From Geosiphon pyriformis uo1 (taxonomy: Eukaryota > Fungi > Glomeromycota): 64,000 nt of DNA. The notes under the pieces are model-generated. The model had not been told where the DNA came from. It did not search any database and worked only from the letters and a program-made list of their open reading frames with translations. Below are positions 41,270 through 54,164 of the stretch, piece after piece; the first letter of the stretch is position 1; every line of letters begins with the position of its first letter. The position numbers were made by a program, and so were the translations under genes. The stretch is taken from assembly GCA_016748015.1 (NCBI GenBank), contig JAAOMT010000061.1, positions 248,001-312,000 of the forward strand. Direction: 5' to 3'.

Positions 41270-42700
41270 AAAATTAAAAATCAAAAAATAAAATAAATAT
41301 GACTTATGTTTTTTTATATATAATTAGTTATTTAAGTTAATTAAAACAATATTACAAATTTAAAATATAAAAAACATAAATATTATTACAAAAACCAAAA
41401 AAAATCAAAGCTAAAAGAATAATAAAACCAAAATTGATTAAAATATTATAATTAAAACTAAATATGTAAATATTTACAATAAAGTTATTTAACAATAAAT
41501 TACTAAATAATTAATATATTTAATATATTATTAATTAATAATTTTTAGATTTTATAAAATATTAATAATTTAATATTAGATAATCAAATATTTAATTTGT
41601 ATTAAGTAATCATATTATAAATAAAGATAAAAATACTTATAATAGCTTTTAAAACATTAATAAATATTTTAATTGTCTTTAAAAATAAATTATTTAATAC
41701 AAAATTTTTAATAATAATTATACATAAGTTTTTATTATTAATTATATTATATAATAATTAAAAAATCCAAAAATTTACAATTAAATAACCAAAAATAATT
41801 ATTTATTTATTAAAATATAGAAACAATATTTTTTTTAATAGTATAATAAAAATATACAAAAAGATATAATCTAAATTTATTAATAATTTATATTATAAAT
41901 AAATAATATTTAGATATAAAAAGTTATATAATTTTTTTTAAAAACAGTTAGTAATTGTTTATATAGTGTTTTTATAAAATATATTTAAAAAACAACAGAA
42001 GCTAAATTTATTAAATTAAAATTTATATGTTTATTTATATGTTAAAACAAATTAAAAACTTTAAATTAAAATTATAAATTAATAATTTGTTTAAAACTAC
42101 TTAGTATACTTAACTTTTTAATTAAAAAAATCAACAAAATTAAATTTAATAAAACAAATATTTAACTTATATATTTAAAGCAAGCTAATTATTAAAATAC
42201 ATAAAAACCAAATTTTAAACAGGAATATAATCTAATACTAAAACAACTGTTTGCAATTTGGCCAATATAAGTGAAAAAACAAATATAATTATGTATTTAA
42301 AAAATCAAATTATTAATTTTAAAAGCAATATAATTAAAAAAATATAAATATTGTTTTTTTAAAAAAATTAATTAATAATTTAAAACAATATTTAAAAATA
42401 TATAAAACTTAAAATACACAATATTAAATTGTTACCAACTGGCAAACTTTAACTTAAAACCAAAAACTTTATTAAAAATACTTATAATATTTTTAATATT
42501 ATTTATAATAGTTTTAAAAAAAACATTACAAAAAACAATAACAGATATTTTTATAATTTTAAGAGTAATAAAAAAGTAATTTAACAAGCTTAATTTGTAT
42601 AATAGCTTTAAAAAACTTAAAAAACAAATTTTATACAAAAAAGTTAGACATTGTTTTTAATACTTAATTTATATTAAAAATATTATATAAAATTTAAAAT
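41270..42700 (-). mobile_element. Extremely decayed LINE ORF2 and 3' fragments
   Basis: 3' motif at 41295-41355 is nearly identical to 37211-37270; traces of RNase H and RT-thumb sequence follow. Confidence 0.5.
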
Positions 42701-43629
42701 ACAGTCTTAATATAAATTATTTTAATTTTAACAGTTTTATTAAACATTAAAATAAAGATTATTTATCCAAAAAATCTTAAAAATTAATAAAAATTTTTCA
42801 AATATTATTAAAATTAACAGTATTTTTAACAAACAAAAAAGAAAAAATATTTTGATTTTTGTTTAATCAGTTTAATTTTTAAGATCAAATAATTCAATAA
42901 GTTAATTAATTAAAATTATATGTAAAAATATAACTTAATTTATATTTAAAATTAACAATAATTATTCAAAATTTAATATATTAATCAATTTAATTCTATA
43001 TTAATTAAAATCAGTTTTAATAAACGTGTTGCTATTATTATTATCTAAATTAAAAAAAAAGATTATTGTTTATAGCCAAATTTAGATTAAATATTATAAT
43101 TAGTACAGCTGCTATAAAATTAATATAAATACCAAAAAAACAAATAAAATAATTTGCTTTGGTATTTTAAAAAGAAAAAAGATTTTTTTTTGGTTTTTTG
43201 GTCTTTTTAGTATTTAAGCAGATATAAAAAAAGTTGTAATAAAAAATAGCAGTTTGATTACTGATCTGTTATTAAAGATCTTAAAGCTTTTTATAATAGT
43301 AATAAATAATTTGCCAAATACTTTGCTTAAAACAAATATAAATACAGAATTTAACACCTAAAAAAATTATTTATAAAATTTTAAACAGCAAAAAAACATT
43401 TACACAAACAATAAAGTTTTATTTAATTTATTAAAGTTATTATATTAAAAAACAAAAATAATATAAAAAATATTATTATATACTTATTGGTTTACTTTAA
43501 AGAAAATATAGAAAAATTTACAATATTCGTTAAAAAAACCACCAAATTAAAAAAAAACTTGTATTTAATATCTATTAACCAATTTTTTAAATAAATTGAA
43601 TAATTTTTTAAAAATTATTATATTATATT

Positions 43630-45300
43630 GTTTAATAATCCATTATTTACAGACATAAAACTCAATTTATTTTGTAATAGATGAAGCTTATACTTTGTTT
43701 ATATGTAACTATTTATTGAGGCCAATTAAAACAATACTATTCTTTTATATATAAAGAAACCAATTCCAAATTACTCATTTTATTAACAAAATAATTCAAA
43801 TTTACTTATTTAAAGCCTGGTTATTTTAATCTTAAATTTAATATTAACGTCAAGTAGTTTTTAAAGAATAAGTATGTATTTAAATTAGTATTATTTATAA
43901 CAAAATTTTTTATTGTCTATGTTATATTCAAAACTTAATTTTTAGAATCTTGTGACGAATGACTAATATTTCTTTATTTTTCGAATTAATAATAAAATCC
44001 AAATAGCGCTTGCGAAATCTTTTTTCAATATCGTTAAATCCATAATGAATATCAGGCATTTACTTAATAAAATAAATTCTTTGGCTTCCACATATGTTTT
44101 TACAATTACAACAAAAAACTTGATTTAATTTTCATAGAAAAAGATTTAAGTTTTTATTTTTTATTAAGTTTATTTTTAGCAAAAAGCCAAAATTATTAAA
44201 GAGCCAATTGATTCAATTATAGATTTTATTAATTAAATAAGTTCTTGTAATCTAAATTTCAAAAGGATTAGTTTTAAATTAAAATTATTATTAAAACATA
44301 AAATAAGATACAATAAACTAAATAATAATTTTAGCATATAAAATTAATTAAATAATCAATTTAAAAATTTTTCATCACAATTAAAAATTTAAAACAATCT
44401 TAATAAACCAAAAAAAGTAATATTGTACTTTAATGGAAATTTTAATACTTGTAACAATACATCAAAATATGTATTTTTTAAAATATCAGTTTTAATAATT
44501 GCAAAAATGAGATTTTTTAAATTTAAAATTAAAATACCATATTTTAATAGTAATTAAAATTAGATATTTGAAAATAAAACAAGTTTGATTATGTACTTAA
44601 ACAATTATGTTATTAATTTTAAAAACTATATAGCCAAAAAAACAACCAACTTGGTTTTAAAAGTATTGTATAAAACAATTTTTTTTTTAATTTAGAGAAA
44701 AAATCTAAATACTATTTTTTATTATTAAAACTAATTCATAAACAAAAGAAATTTTAATTGACTTAAAAGTTTAATATATATAACAGAATATTATTATAAA
44801 TTAATAAACTTGAATTTGATATTAAAAACTTTATTTAAAACTTTAAATAACTTTTAATATTATTAAAATAATATTTAGAAAAAATATTATAAAAACAACA
44901 GCAGTTAAAAACAAAAACTATAAAAATTTTGCAATTTTAAAAATAAAAAAAAATCAACAATTTTAATTTTGATAATAATATTCAAAAAATTTTAGAATGT
45001 AATTTTATACAAAAAAATTTAAATAATCAGTTTAATACTAATAAAATCATATTTTTTAAATATAAGCTATTTTAATCTTAAAAAAAACATTAAGCATTAA
45101 AGTAAAGATTATAAAAAATTTTAAATACTATTAAAATTAACAGTATTTTAAAATTAGATAATATTATAGTAAAATTACATATTAAAATATTTCTTTTTTT
45201 GCTTTTACAATTAAAAATAATTAATTAAACCAATTTTTTATTAATCAATACAACCAAATAATAATTTAAAACAAAATTAACAAATATGTTTTTTATTGTA
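43630..45300 (-). mobile_element. Decayed ORF1-only element
   Basis: 44570-45130 is colinear with 2870-3470; LINE 3' motif at ~43680-43740. Confidence 0.55.
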
Positions 45301-45534
45301 TTTTTTAGCTATAATTATAAAAATAAAAAAGTTATAATATTTAAATTTAAATATTTTATAAATTAAATAAAAATAAAAACTGTATTTAAAATAAAATTTT
45401 TAAGTTTTTTATTTTATTTTATTATTTATATACAAACAATTTAAAAAAATTATACAAAAAATTAATTTATAAAACCAAATTTTATTTTTAGTTTTTTAAT
45501 AAATAAATAAAACTTTTTTTTTGTAATTTTATAA

Positions 45535-47100
45535 TTATACTTAAAGCAAAGAGTAAAAAAGTTGCAATTTATATATTTTTTAAAGTAATTAATTGTATTT
45601 TTATTAGTAAAATATTTATAGTTATTAAAACTATTTTGTAATAATATTTTTTTTAAATAAAATAATAATAAAATAGCTTTTTACTAATTTTAAAGCATTT
45701 TTTGGCTTTAAATAGAAGTTTTTTTTTCAAAGTCTTATTAAAATAATATATTTAAAATAATTTTTATATAGCTATTATTATATTAAAAAATCTTAAAATT
45801 TTTAATTATAAATTAATAATTAAGTTATTGTTTTTTTCTGCTGTTTTTTTTTGTTATTTAAATAATAATAAAAACCAAAACAACAAAAAACAAATTTTTT
45901 TTAAATTAGTTATTATTTTTTTGTAATATTAAAAACTCTGTTTTTTTAGTGTCTTTAATAGTATTTTAATTATATTAAAATTAATTTTTTTTTTATAAAA
46001 AACAAAGCTTTGGTTTTTTTATTAATTTTATAACATTAATACTAATTATAATATTTAATTTTATATATTTATAAATAATAAATAATTGTCTGTTCTAAAT
46101 AATAACAATAAAAACATGTTGATTTATTTTGATTTGAATTAATTATTAATATTATTATTTAATATATTGAATTTTAACCAATTTTTGTTAATTTTAAAAG
46201 TAAAACAAATTATATTTTAATGTATAATTTATTTATTAAATTACTTAATTTCAAAGATTAATCTAACCAGAATTTTTTTTCTGTTTTTTAATAATATTTA
46301 AAAAACAATTATTAATTATTAAAAATTTTTTAAATAAATAGTTTTTATTTTAATATTTAGTGTTTTTTTTAAAATTAGTTTTTAAGACAATATTAAATTA
46401 TTTTATATAAAGTTTGTTTTAAATATTATTTAGCTAATTAAATTTATTAATTTTTTTTTATTTTTAAAATTATAAAATTTTCTGTAATTCTTGTATTTGG
46501 TTTTGTTTTTGTTGTTGTTTTTTATAATATTATTTTTCAAGTTTTTATAAATAATATTAAAAATACTATATATATTTAATAAAATTTTTAGTATTAAATT
46601 AAAGAAATATTATTATTTTTAAAAAATTTTTAAAACCAAATTGGTAATTTTTTTTATTAAATTGGTTTAAGATTAATAATTTAAGTTTTTAAATATATAA
46701 TTATATTTGTTTTATTTTTAGTTTTTTAATTTTGGTTAATAGTTATAATATATTATAATTATTTTAAATTTTTAAAAATATTTAGATATTACAATTGTTA
46801 AAATTAATATTTTAAAAAACTTTAATTGTTAATATTAATATAAATATCAAAATTTAAACTATTTGTTTTTAATTACAAAATGTTTTTATATATATATTTT
46901 AGATTGTAATTGGTTTTAAAGTTTTTAAACTTATTTTATTAACATAAAATTATATGTTAAGATTGCTGTTTTTTGTGTTTTTTTTGTTATTATTGTAATT
47001 GTTAATTTTTTTGTCATTTCTAAATTGGCATTTTTAGAATTTAAACTGGCCAAATTGGTTTTGTTTATAAAAATTTATTATTAAATTAATTTGTATTTTG
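45535..47100 (+). mobile_element. Decayed ORF1-only-family element, inverted relative to 43.6-45.3 kb
   Basis: 46630-46930 is the reverse-complement homologue of 44340-44660. The start motif gcaaagagtaaaaaag is shared with 62526-62541. Confidence 0.5.
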
Positions 47101-47150
47101 TTTTTTTTTTAATTATAAAATTAATTAATGTTTTTTTTAAATGTTAAAAT

Positions 47151-48020
47151 ATTTTTTTTTTCTTTCTTTTAACGAGTGAAGTCCAAATACTACCTAGAAC
47201 TATACATTATTTAAATGATCTAAACTAGGTATGAATCATGCTTTTTCTACATGTGACCAGTCACTTAGACCAGTCAGAACAACACTATGTACTTATACCA
47301 ACAGAAACTATGTCACTTATACCTGCAAAAAATAAACAAGGCTTGCCATCAATCTTACTCCGCAAACTATCCATCACAACTCCAGAATTAGAGCCAACCT
47401 CCCAACATGTTCAATGAACAGACTGGAAAACACCACAGACAAAACATCTTGAATTACTAGATATTGCAGTACCATCAGTCTTCAGAAAATGTTCACTGAC
47501 TATATAGGGCAGCTGCCAAGAAGAAAAAACAGCATCTTTAGCAAGTGCATCAGCCCGCACATTGCCTAAGATACTCGAATAACCTTTAACTTTGATCCAA
47601 TTCACATCCAAATTTTTCTGATGAATAATGTTAACAATATGGCAATGTTCAATCCAACACTGATTTTTGAAATCTGGACAAACCAACAGAGATTCAGACT
47701 TGCAAGCATCCAAAGCAGCCTGGTTGTCCGAAAACAAGTTAACTGAATGAAAAGAGGAGACACACTCAAGAGCCAAGGAGATGGTCTACAACTTTGCCAT
47801 CATAGAAAAAACCATACCAGACATACTTACATCCAAACCTGAATTAATGTCCTCAAAAAAAACAGCAGCACCAGCCTTTATATTATGAGTTCCTAAACCA
47901 CTCAGAAACCCATCCATATACACAGAAAGGCAAGCTGCATCAACAACCAACAGATTGTTACAAACAATACCAAAACCACAAGATTAACAAACATCAAATA
48001 AGGCAGAACAAAGAGATCAA
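47151..48020 (-). mobile_element. Less-decayed 5'-truncated, internally deleted LINE (RNase H, C-terminus, 3' UTR, poly-A)
   Basis: VYMDGF, LFSDNQAAL, WIKVKGYSSILGNVRADALAK (ORF 47411-47776). It jumps from SKID to KPCLFF near 47350. Best-preserved 3' UTR at 47170-47286. Confidence 0.88.
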
Positions 48021-48199
48021 ACCATAATTAAAATATGATATAAATAAAAATAAAAATATATTTAACATAAAAAATTCAGATTTGTTTATAAACAAAAAAT
48101 TTTTGTAAAATTAATAATGCTTTAAAAGATTTAAGCTTTTAATATTAAAATAAAACTGTTATATAATTGGTTAGTTTAAGTTTATTTTTGTAAATTTAA

Positions 48200-48335
48200 T
48201 GTAGTTTAGTTTAAATTAGATTTGTGTTTGATTACATATAAAAAGTATGTAAATATTATTTATTTTAGAGCCTATTTTATGGTTATATTATAATAGATAG
48301 TAATTAGATTTTACATGTTAATAATAAATAAATAA
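48200..48335 (+). mobile_element. LINE-family 3' tail remnant
   Basis: Both conserved 3' motifs in decayed form (tgattacatataaaaagtatg; agatagtaattagattttacatgttaa) plus an A-rich tail. Confidence 0.55.
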
Positions 48336-49364
48336 AGAAATTTATTAAACCAATTTTATCTGGTTAAAAATCATAATTAATAAAATTAAAATAAATTTTC
48401 AAAAATATAACTTTTTTCATTTTAAATTACTTTGTTTAAAATTAATTTAACATTTTATTTTATTTTTTAAATTGAAATTAGTTTATTGTTTTTAAAACAA
48501 AATATAATATTATTATAAAATACATTAAAGTTAATTAATTTTAGAAACAGCTTAATATTAAAAAATTATTATTATTATTATTATTATTATTATTTATTTA
48601 TTTACTTTGAAAATAAATTTTATTACAAAGCTTTAAAAAAAAAAGAATAAAAATTTTGTTATTATTTGCAAATCTTTAATTATTTTTAAAAAACAATTAT
48701 TTATTTATTTAAATCTTTTTATTATTTCTTTTAGTTACACTATTATTCATTTTAATTATATATTATTAATACTTTAAATTACATTATTCTTATTTTTTAT
48801 AAATTTTTTATAAAATAAAATTTCAGTGTTATTAAATAGATAAAGAATTTATAATTGTAATTATCAGCTCTCATTAAATATAAATCTATTGATAACTTTA
48901 TTATCGGATGTGACATTATATATATTTTTAATTGCTATAATCAAGAAAAAGTCATAGCACAATTTAACTAATTTATTTTAAAAATTATGAAAAATGTAAA
49001 ATATACCAAACTTGCTCATGAGAATCCCCAAATTTTCAGGGAGGAACACACGCTGTTTTATTCAATTTGGGAAAGACCTGTATGCGAATGAAAAAATCAT
49101 CACAAAGATGTACATAATGGGCAAAAAAAAAATTTGGCGGTGCAGGTTATTTTGACCAAATTAACTACTTTGTAACACCAAAAAAGTCCCTTGAAACTAT
49201 TTCCCGACTAGCCGTGATAAGAAAGCAATCTAAAAACAATTCCTGCATCCTTCAGAGAGTTGGGGTTTTTGCTTTAAACAATGTAAACTCAAGTTACACA
49301 AATTCCCTAAAATTTTAACCCCTAAATGATTACAAGATCGGTGATATACTATATATAAATATAT

Positions 49365-49436
49365 GAATCGGGTGGCTGGTCACATGTAGCAAGAGTTGCA
49401 GCTGGGCCACACTCGTTATCGCATAATAAAAAAATA
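49365..49436 (+). mobile_element. 72-bp retroposed mini-insertion consisting only of LINE 3' motifs
   Basis: GGGTGGCTGGTCACATGTAGCAA and GCAGCTGGGCCACACTCGTTA plus an A-rich tail. Flanked by the 14-bp direct repeat ATATATAAATATAT (49351-49364 and 49437-49450). Confidence 0.7.
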
Positions 49437-49815
49437 ATATATAAATATATATTTAAAGTTTATTTTTCTAGAGAATCCTATTAATAGAAAAAAAATAATA
49501 TGGATATAATGAATTCATTGTTAAATACGCAAAAAATGATGAGCCAATAAAAACCGTTGGATTAGGGATGAATTTTAATTTAAAAAACTTTTTTGAATCA
49601 AATATTTTTAGTGGTTATGACATATCCACAATATGACAAAAAGAATCGTGTTAAACAATAAAGAGATCTTCATTTTTTGGAAAGCTCAGGTTTCACATTG
49701 ATGACCTGATTGAAAAACTCGAATCGAATTGATCAACCTCCCTGAAAAACCATATCCTCTCTTTCAAAGATAGATTGGTAGTAATATTTATTAATTCAAA
49801 TCTTTGCAAGTATAA

Positions 49816-49905
49816 TAGAATAGAATAGAATAGAATAGAATAAAATAGAATAGAATAGAATAGAATAGGATAGAATAGAATAGAATAGAATAAAATAGAA
49901 TAGAA
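49816..49905. repeat. (TAGAA)n microsatellite, 18 units
   Basis: Direct reading; three variant units (TAAAA twice, TAGGA once). Confidence 0.97.
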
Positions 49906-50995
49906 TCATCAGTATGATTGTTAAACTTAATTTTCTTCAATTCTGTTCTGAGTTTCATAGCAGGAAAGGATTCGTTATTGTCGATGATCGGTCCTAAATT
50001 TAGCCATTCGATTAATCAATTTAGTGATTGATGTCAGTAAGTCCGATTGTCAAGTTCTATTTGAATTTCTCCGAACCAATTTGAATTGAAAAAACTGTTT
50101 TCTCCAAGAAAATTCTTTAGTAATCAAACGTCCCTATTTAGATAAAAAAAATAGAGTGTTACATTCTTTTTTTATGTCAAGTGGCTGGTTGGATCACCTA
50201 TCCTATGAAGATGAAAGTTAAAATCCTTTGTCACCTATTAAAAGATATTGAGGGTACCGTAACTCTTTTATTTGCGCTGTCCAATTTAAAAGGTTAGACC
50301 ATTATTATGTCTGTTTTCCGATTTTTCAGCCATTCAATACAAGTAAAAAATCAAATATTATTTCAATCGACCCGAAGTAGGAAAGATAAATATCCATATA
50401 TATATTACAAAAATACAGTACCTATCCAATGATTCTTCTATTCGGAAAAAGATAATGATGTAAATGAGATGGCTTCACATCGCAGTTTTTAATTGTATCC
50501 TACATTTTGAATCCTCTTGGGCTCTAAATAAAGTTTAATTGAAATTTACCTGCTTAATTGGTGTCACAATAACGCCAATGGAAACATAAAAAACCACTTT
50601 TATCAACACCCTTACTTTGTGTAAAATAGTTCAACCAAAAAAATAATGATAATGAAAAATTTCATTATTTCAATTAATTTTAGGAAATTTAATTTTTTCT
50701 TTTTATATTTTCATTTCTAAAACAGAATTATGTTGTACTGACTCCTTTGATTAATTTTCCACTCCATTATAAGCTCTGTATTTGTGTACGTTTATATTGT
50801 ATAACATTTAAATTTAAAGTTTGCGAACCCAAATGATAATTGTGTAACAATTAACCAGATTAAAATAGGGGTTATTAACGTTGTGGCGCCAAATCAAATT
50901 TCTCTTATATTTAATGGTTGTTTTGGCAGAGAATGTTTTTATCTTGAAATAAAATAAAAAAAGTTTCGAGTGAAATAAAATAATTTTGTTAAAAG

Positions 50996-53250
50996 ATGTT
51001 TTTTATGTTTCGTGCCCAACGTAATGTGGTAAGTTTTTAAAGTATAAAAAAAATTCAATTTTTTGTATAATTTCTTTTAAGGAGTATTAATCTTTTTTTT
51101 TTTTACTTTTGAAATTGGTTTTTGTTAAATAAATTTTTACCCAGTTCCAAGAGCCAAGAACATTTTATATAATACGAGTTATAACAGCGACAATAGTTTC
51201 TATGCTATATTTTTCTTACTTGATTTTTCTAGCATATCAAATATGGAACGATAGACCAGTGCTTCAACTTGCACGAGAACATGTTCGTCTCGTTAAAGCG
51301 CCAGGTATGAAAAACTTGAAGTTTTTTAAAAAAATTTCAATTTAAAAATATTTACTTAAAATCTTGATCTAAATATAATAGATTAACGAGAGGTATAATT
51401 CATTTTATAATTATAGATATTGAAATGTGTGGTTATGGTACCGACATAGAAATCGTACGATGTGACTTTACCTGGAAAAACTGGAGTAGCGTACAATACG
51501 ATGACTGTGCTCGTCCAGATGGAACAACATGGCTTACAGCTGGTCCAAGGATAAACGATCACGATTTCTGTTACTTGTTTAGCGGAAGTGACAAATTATT
51601 CTATGGCGACAAGGATCAAAAAGGAGATTATTTGCAACGATTAGGATTTTATTTCCAGTTCAAGAATATAACAGCATCTAATAATTTAGTTGTCGCTGTT
51701 CCTATTGTGGCAGTAAGTAAATTTCTTTCGCATTAGTTCGGGTTTTTGGATATTAAACGAGATGTAAAGTTTATACCTTTTAAATCTTAATATAGGCACA
51801 ATTATTAGATCCTGATTTTAATCCACTTTGGAATAAGACTAAAACGAATACTAGAGAGGTACGAATCTATAAAGTTTTTTAGTTTTATACGTTTTTTATC
51901 AAAAAAATTTGAGCTTTAAACTTTCATATATATTCTAGAGGGTAGCTGCCGATACCGATTTCAGATTACAAGGAAATAATTTTGGTGGAGTTTTTAACCA
52001 GAGCACTCTTGTAAGTGAAATTAGTTTGAAAATTTTCGGTTTGTCTATTTTCTTTCTCCTAAATTACTTTTTATTTCTATAGGTAAAAATGTTTGTCTCA
52101 AAATTACAAGAAATAAAACCACATGACTTTAGTAGTGTTTTAGGCTTAACACCCTCCTATATCAATACAACAATAATATCCCAAGCTGCCACCTATTATC
52201 CATTACATGAGAGTGAAAAATTTGGTCCTAACCGCAATTATAGTGGATATTTTCAAGTGGAGATGGGGAGTTTTACAATTGAAGTGCAGACTCAGAAACG
52301 GTGAGTTTATGAAGAATTTTTTGCATCTTATATGTGATGATTAATTTTAGCTAGATTAAAATTATAAATAAGTCAAGTCTTTTACTAATGCTCTTAATCT
52401 CAAATAGAGTAAGGACAATACTTGGAGCTCTTGGTGTTGCTGGTGGTGCTTTCGGTAAGTATAAATTCATATTGGGCTAGAAGTTGATTGCAACGATATT
52501 TTAGAAATCTATTTCACACAATCAATTTCAAAACCAGGTATAATTTGCACAATATATTTTGTTCTATATGGCGATCGAAAAACACAACCTTGGTAATCTT
52601 CTTTCCCTATATAAATTTCGAGATATCACTTATTATTTCCGTTTATTGACACTAACAAATATATTAATTATCTCAGGGGTCTAATGCATCGTATGGTGAA
52701 ATCCGAAGTACGCCGTTTTGCACAAATGCCTAATGTACCCTTGATATCCCCCCTTCACGAAAAGGCAAGTGAAGAACTAACACAAGAAGAACGAGTAGCG
52801 CGCATCGAAGACCGTTTTCAAGAATTAGAAGGCTTTTTATCGGATTACTTTATTGATACGGGACCGTTAAGACGTTTTAAGGATCAAGCAAAGGATGATC
52901 CAGAGTTAGCGCGGCGCNNNNNNNNNNNNNNNNNNNNGAGATATCACTTATTATTTCCGTTTATTGACACTAACAAATATATTAATTATCTCAGGGGTCT
53001 AATGCATCGTATGGTGAAATCCGAAGTACGCCGTTTTGCACAAATGCCTAATGTACCCTTGATATCCCCCCTTCACGAAAAGGCAAGTGAAGAACTAACA
53101 CAAGAAGAACGAGTAGCGCGCATCGAAGACCGTTTTCAAGAATTAGAAGGCTTTTTATCGGATTACTTTATTGATACGGGACCGTTAAGACGTTTTAAGG
53201 ATCAAGCAAAGGATGATCCAGAGTTAGCGCGGCGCTCTCCGTCTTATTAA
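50996..53250 (+). CDS. Copy A: 9-exon two-transmembrane protein (~399 aa), putative PAC/TMEM206- or ENaC/ASIC-fold ion channel
   Basis: GT-AG exons 50996-51028, 51145-51304, 51417-51712, 51796-51858, 51939-52010, 52083-52300, 52408-52454, 52538-52592 and 52677-52917 (continuing at 53236-53250 after the gap artefact) splice into one open frame. TM1 VITATIVSMLYFSYLIFLAYQIW; TM2 TILGALGVAGGAFGIICTIYFVLYG. Confidence 0.88.
52620..53235. other. Assembly artefact: 298-bp overlap duplicated on both sides of a 20-N gap
   Basis: 52620-52917 is identical to 52938-53235; Ns at 52918-52937. Confidence 0.92.
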
Positions 53251-54164
53251 TGATAATTTGTATAGTATGGGAAAAGGTATGAAGACGAGTATTCTTAGAT
53301 TGTAAAGCTTGGGAGGCATTTCGGGAGGCGAATGGATTGAGAACTTTTCTATTAATTTTGTGAATTTTCAAAAAAAACTCCCATTTCGAAACCTGCAGTG
53401 ACTTACATTTCACTGTTATTTGTAATTTAATCAATTCTCAGCATTTCATTGTATGAATGAGAAAACTTCCAATGTGATGAAGTCGAGTTCGTTTAATTAA
53501 TGTAGGCATTACTGTTCATATAGATGACTCGGGTTCTATACAATTACCAAAAATATTGTAAAATCTCAAATCATAAACTTCATGTGTTTAAACAAAAAAA
53601 AATTTTTAGGCCAAAAGCGTGCAAATAATTATCGATATGCAATTTATCCCAAAAAAAGATATTGAGATTATCATTAAGTCCATAATTGACCTGATGTTTC
53701 CCCAGATTAAATAATTTATTTATGCAAAATTTATATTGTATTTCAAATTTAAAAAATACTTTCGAAAAAGAATATAATTAAATAAATCATTAATTTCACA
53801 AAACCTTAATTAGAAACACAATATTAATTGATTATCAAATTATTAATTTCACAATTTACTAATCATGACAATTGTGGATAGTTACAACTATTTTGAAAAT
53901 TCAAATATTAAACCCATATTATTTTAAGTCTTTCAAAAAAATAGATTTTATTAGGAATTAGAACAAAGGTATTAAGAGTTATAAGATGGGAATTTTTTCT
54001 CAAATGTATATCAATCATAAAGGTGAATTAACTTAAAAGAGATCATTTGTTTTTGTTCGGATCACTTTGACTCTTTGTATATTTAAGGTTAGATTTAAAA
54101 TATATTAATATAAAATGACGTCATCTTTTTGTCATCTTAATATTCTTTGAATTATTCTAGATAT

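Noticed and set aside
49014-49330. Possible MITE or DNA transposon
   Set aside because: No convincing terminal inverted repeats or TSD found.
49365-49420. Self-cleaving ribozyme (hammerhead, HDV-like, twister) in the mini-element or LINE 3' structure
   Set aside because: Could not find the conserved cores (CUGANGA/GAAA, HDV nested pseudoknot, twister motifs) on either strand.
49816-49905. (TAGAA)n as a telomeric repeat
   Set aside because: Short, interstitial and not TTAGGG-like; an ordinary microsatellite.
50187-50199. GGTTGGATCACCT resembling the 3' end of 16S rRNA
   Set aside because: Only 13 nt, with no CCTT continuation and no other rRNA sequence nearby; chance match.
52684-53250. 188-aa ORF with an internal tandem repeat
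   Set aside because: Produced by a 298-bp contig overlap duplicated across the N gap; it is just the last exon of copy A.
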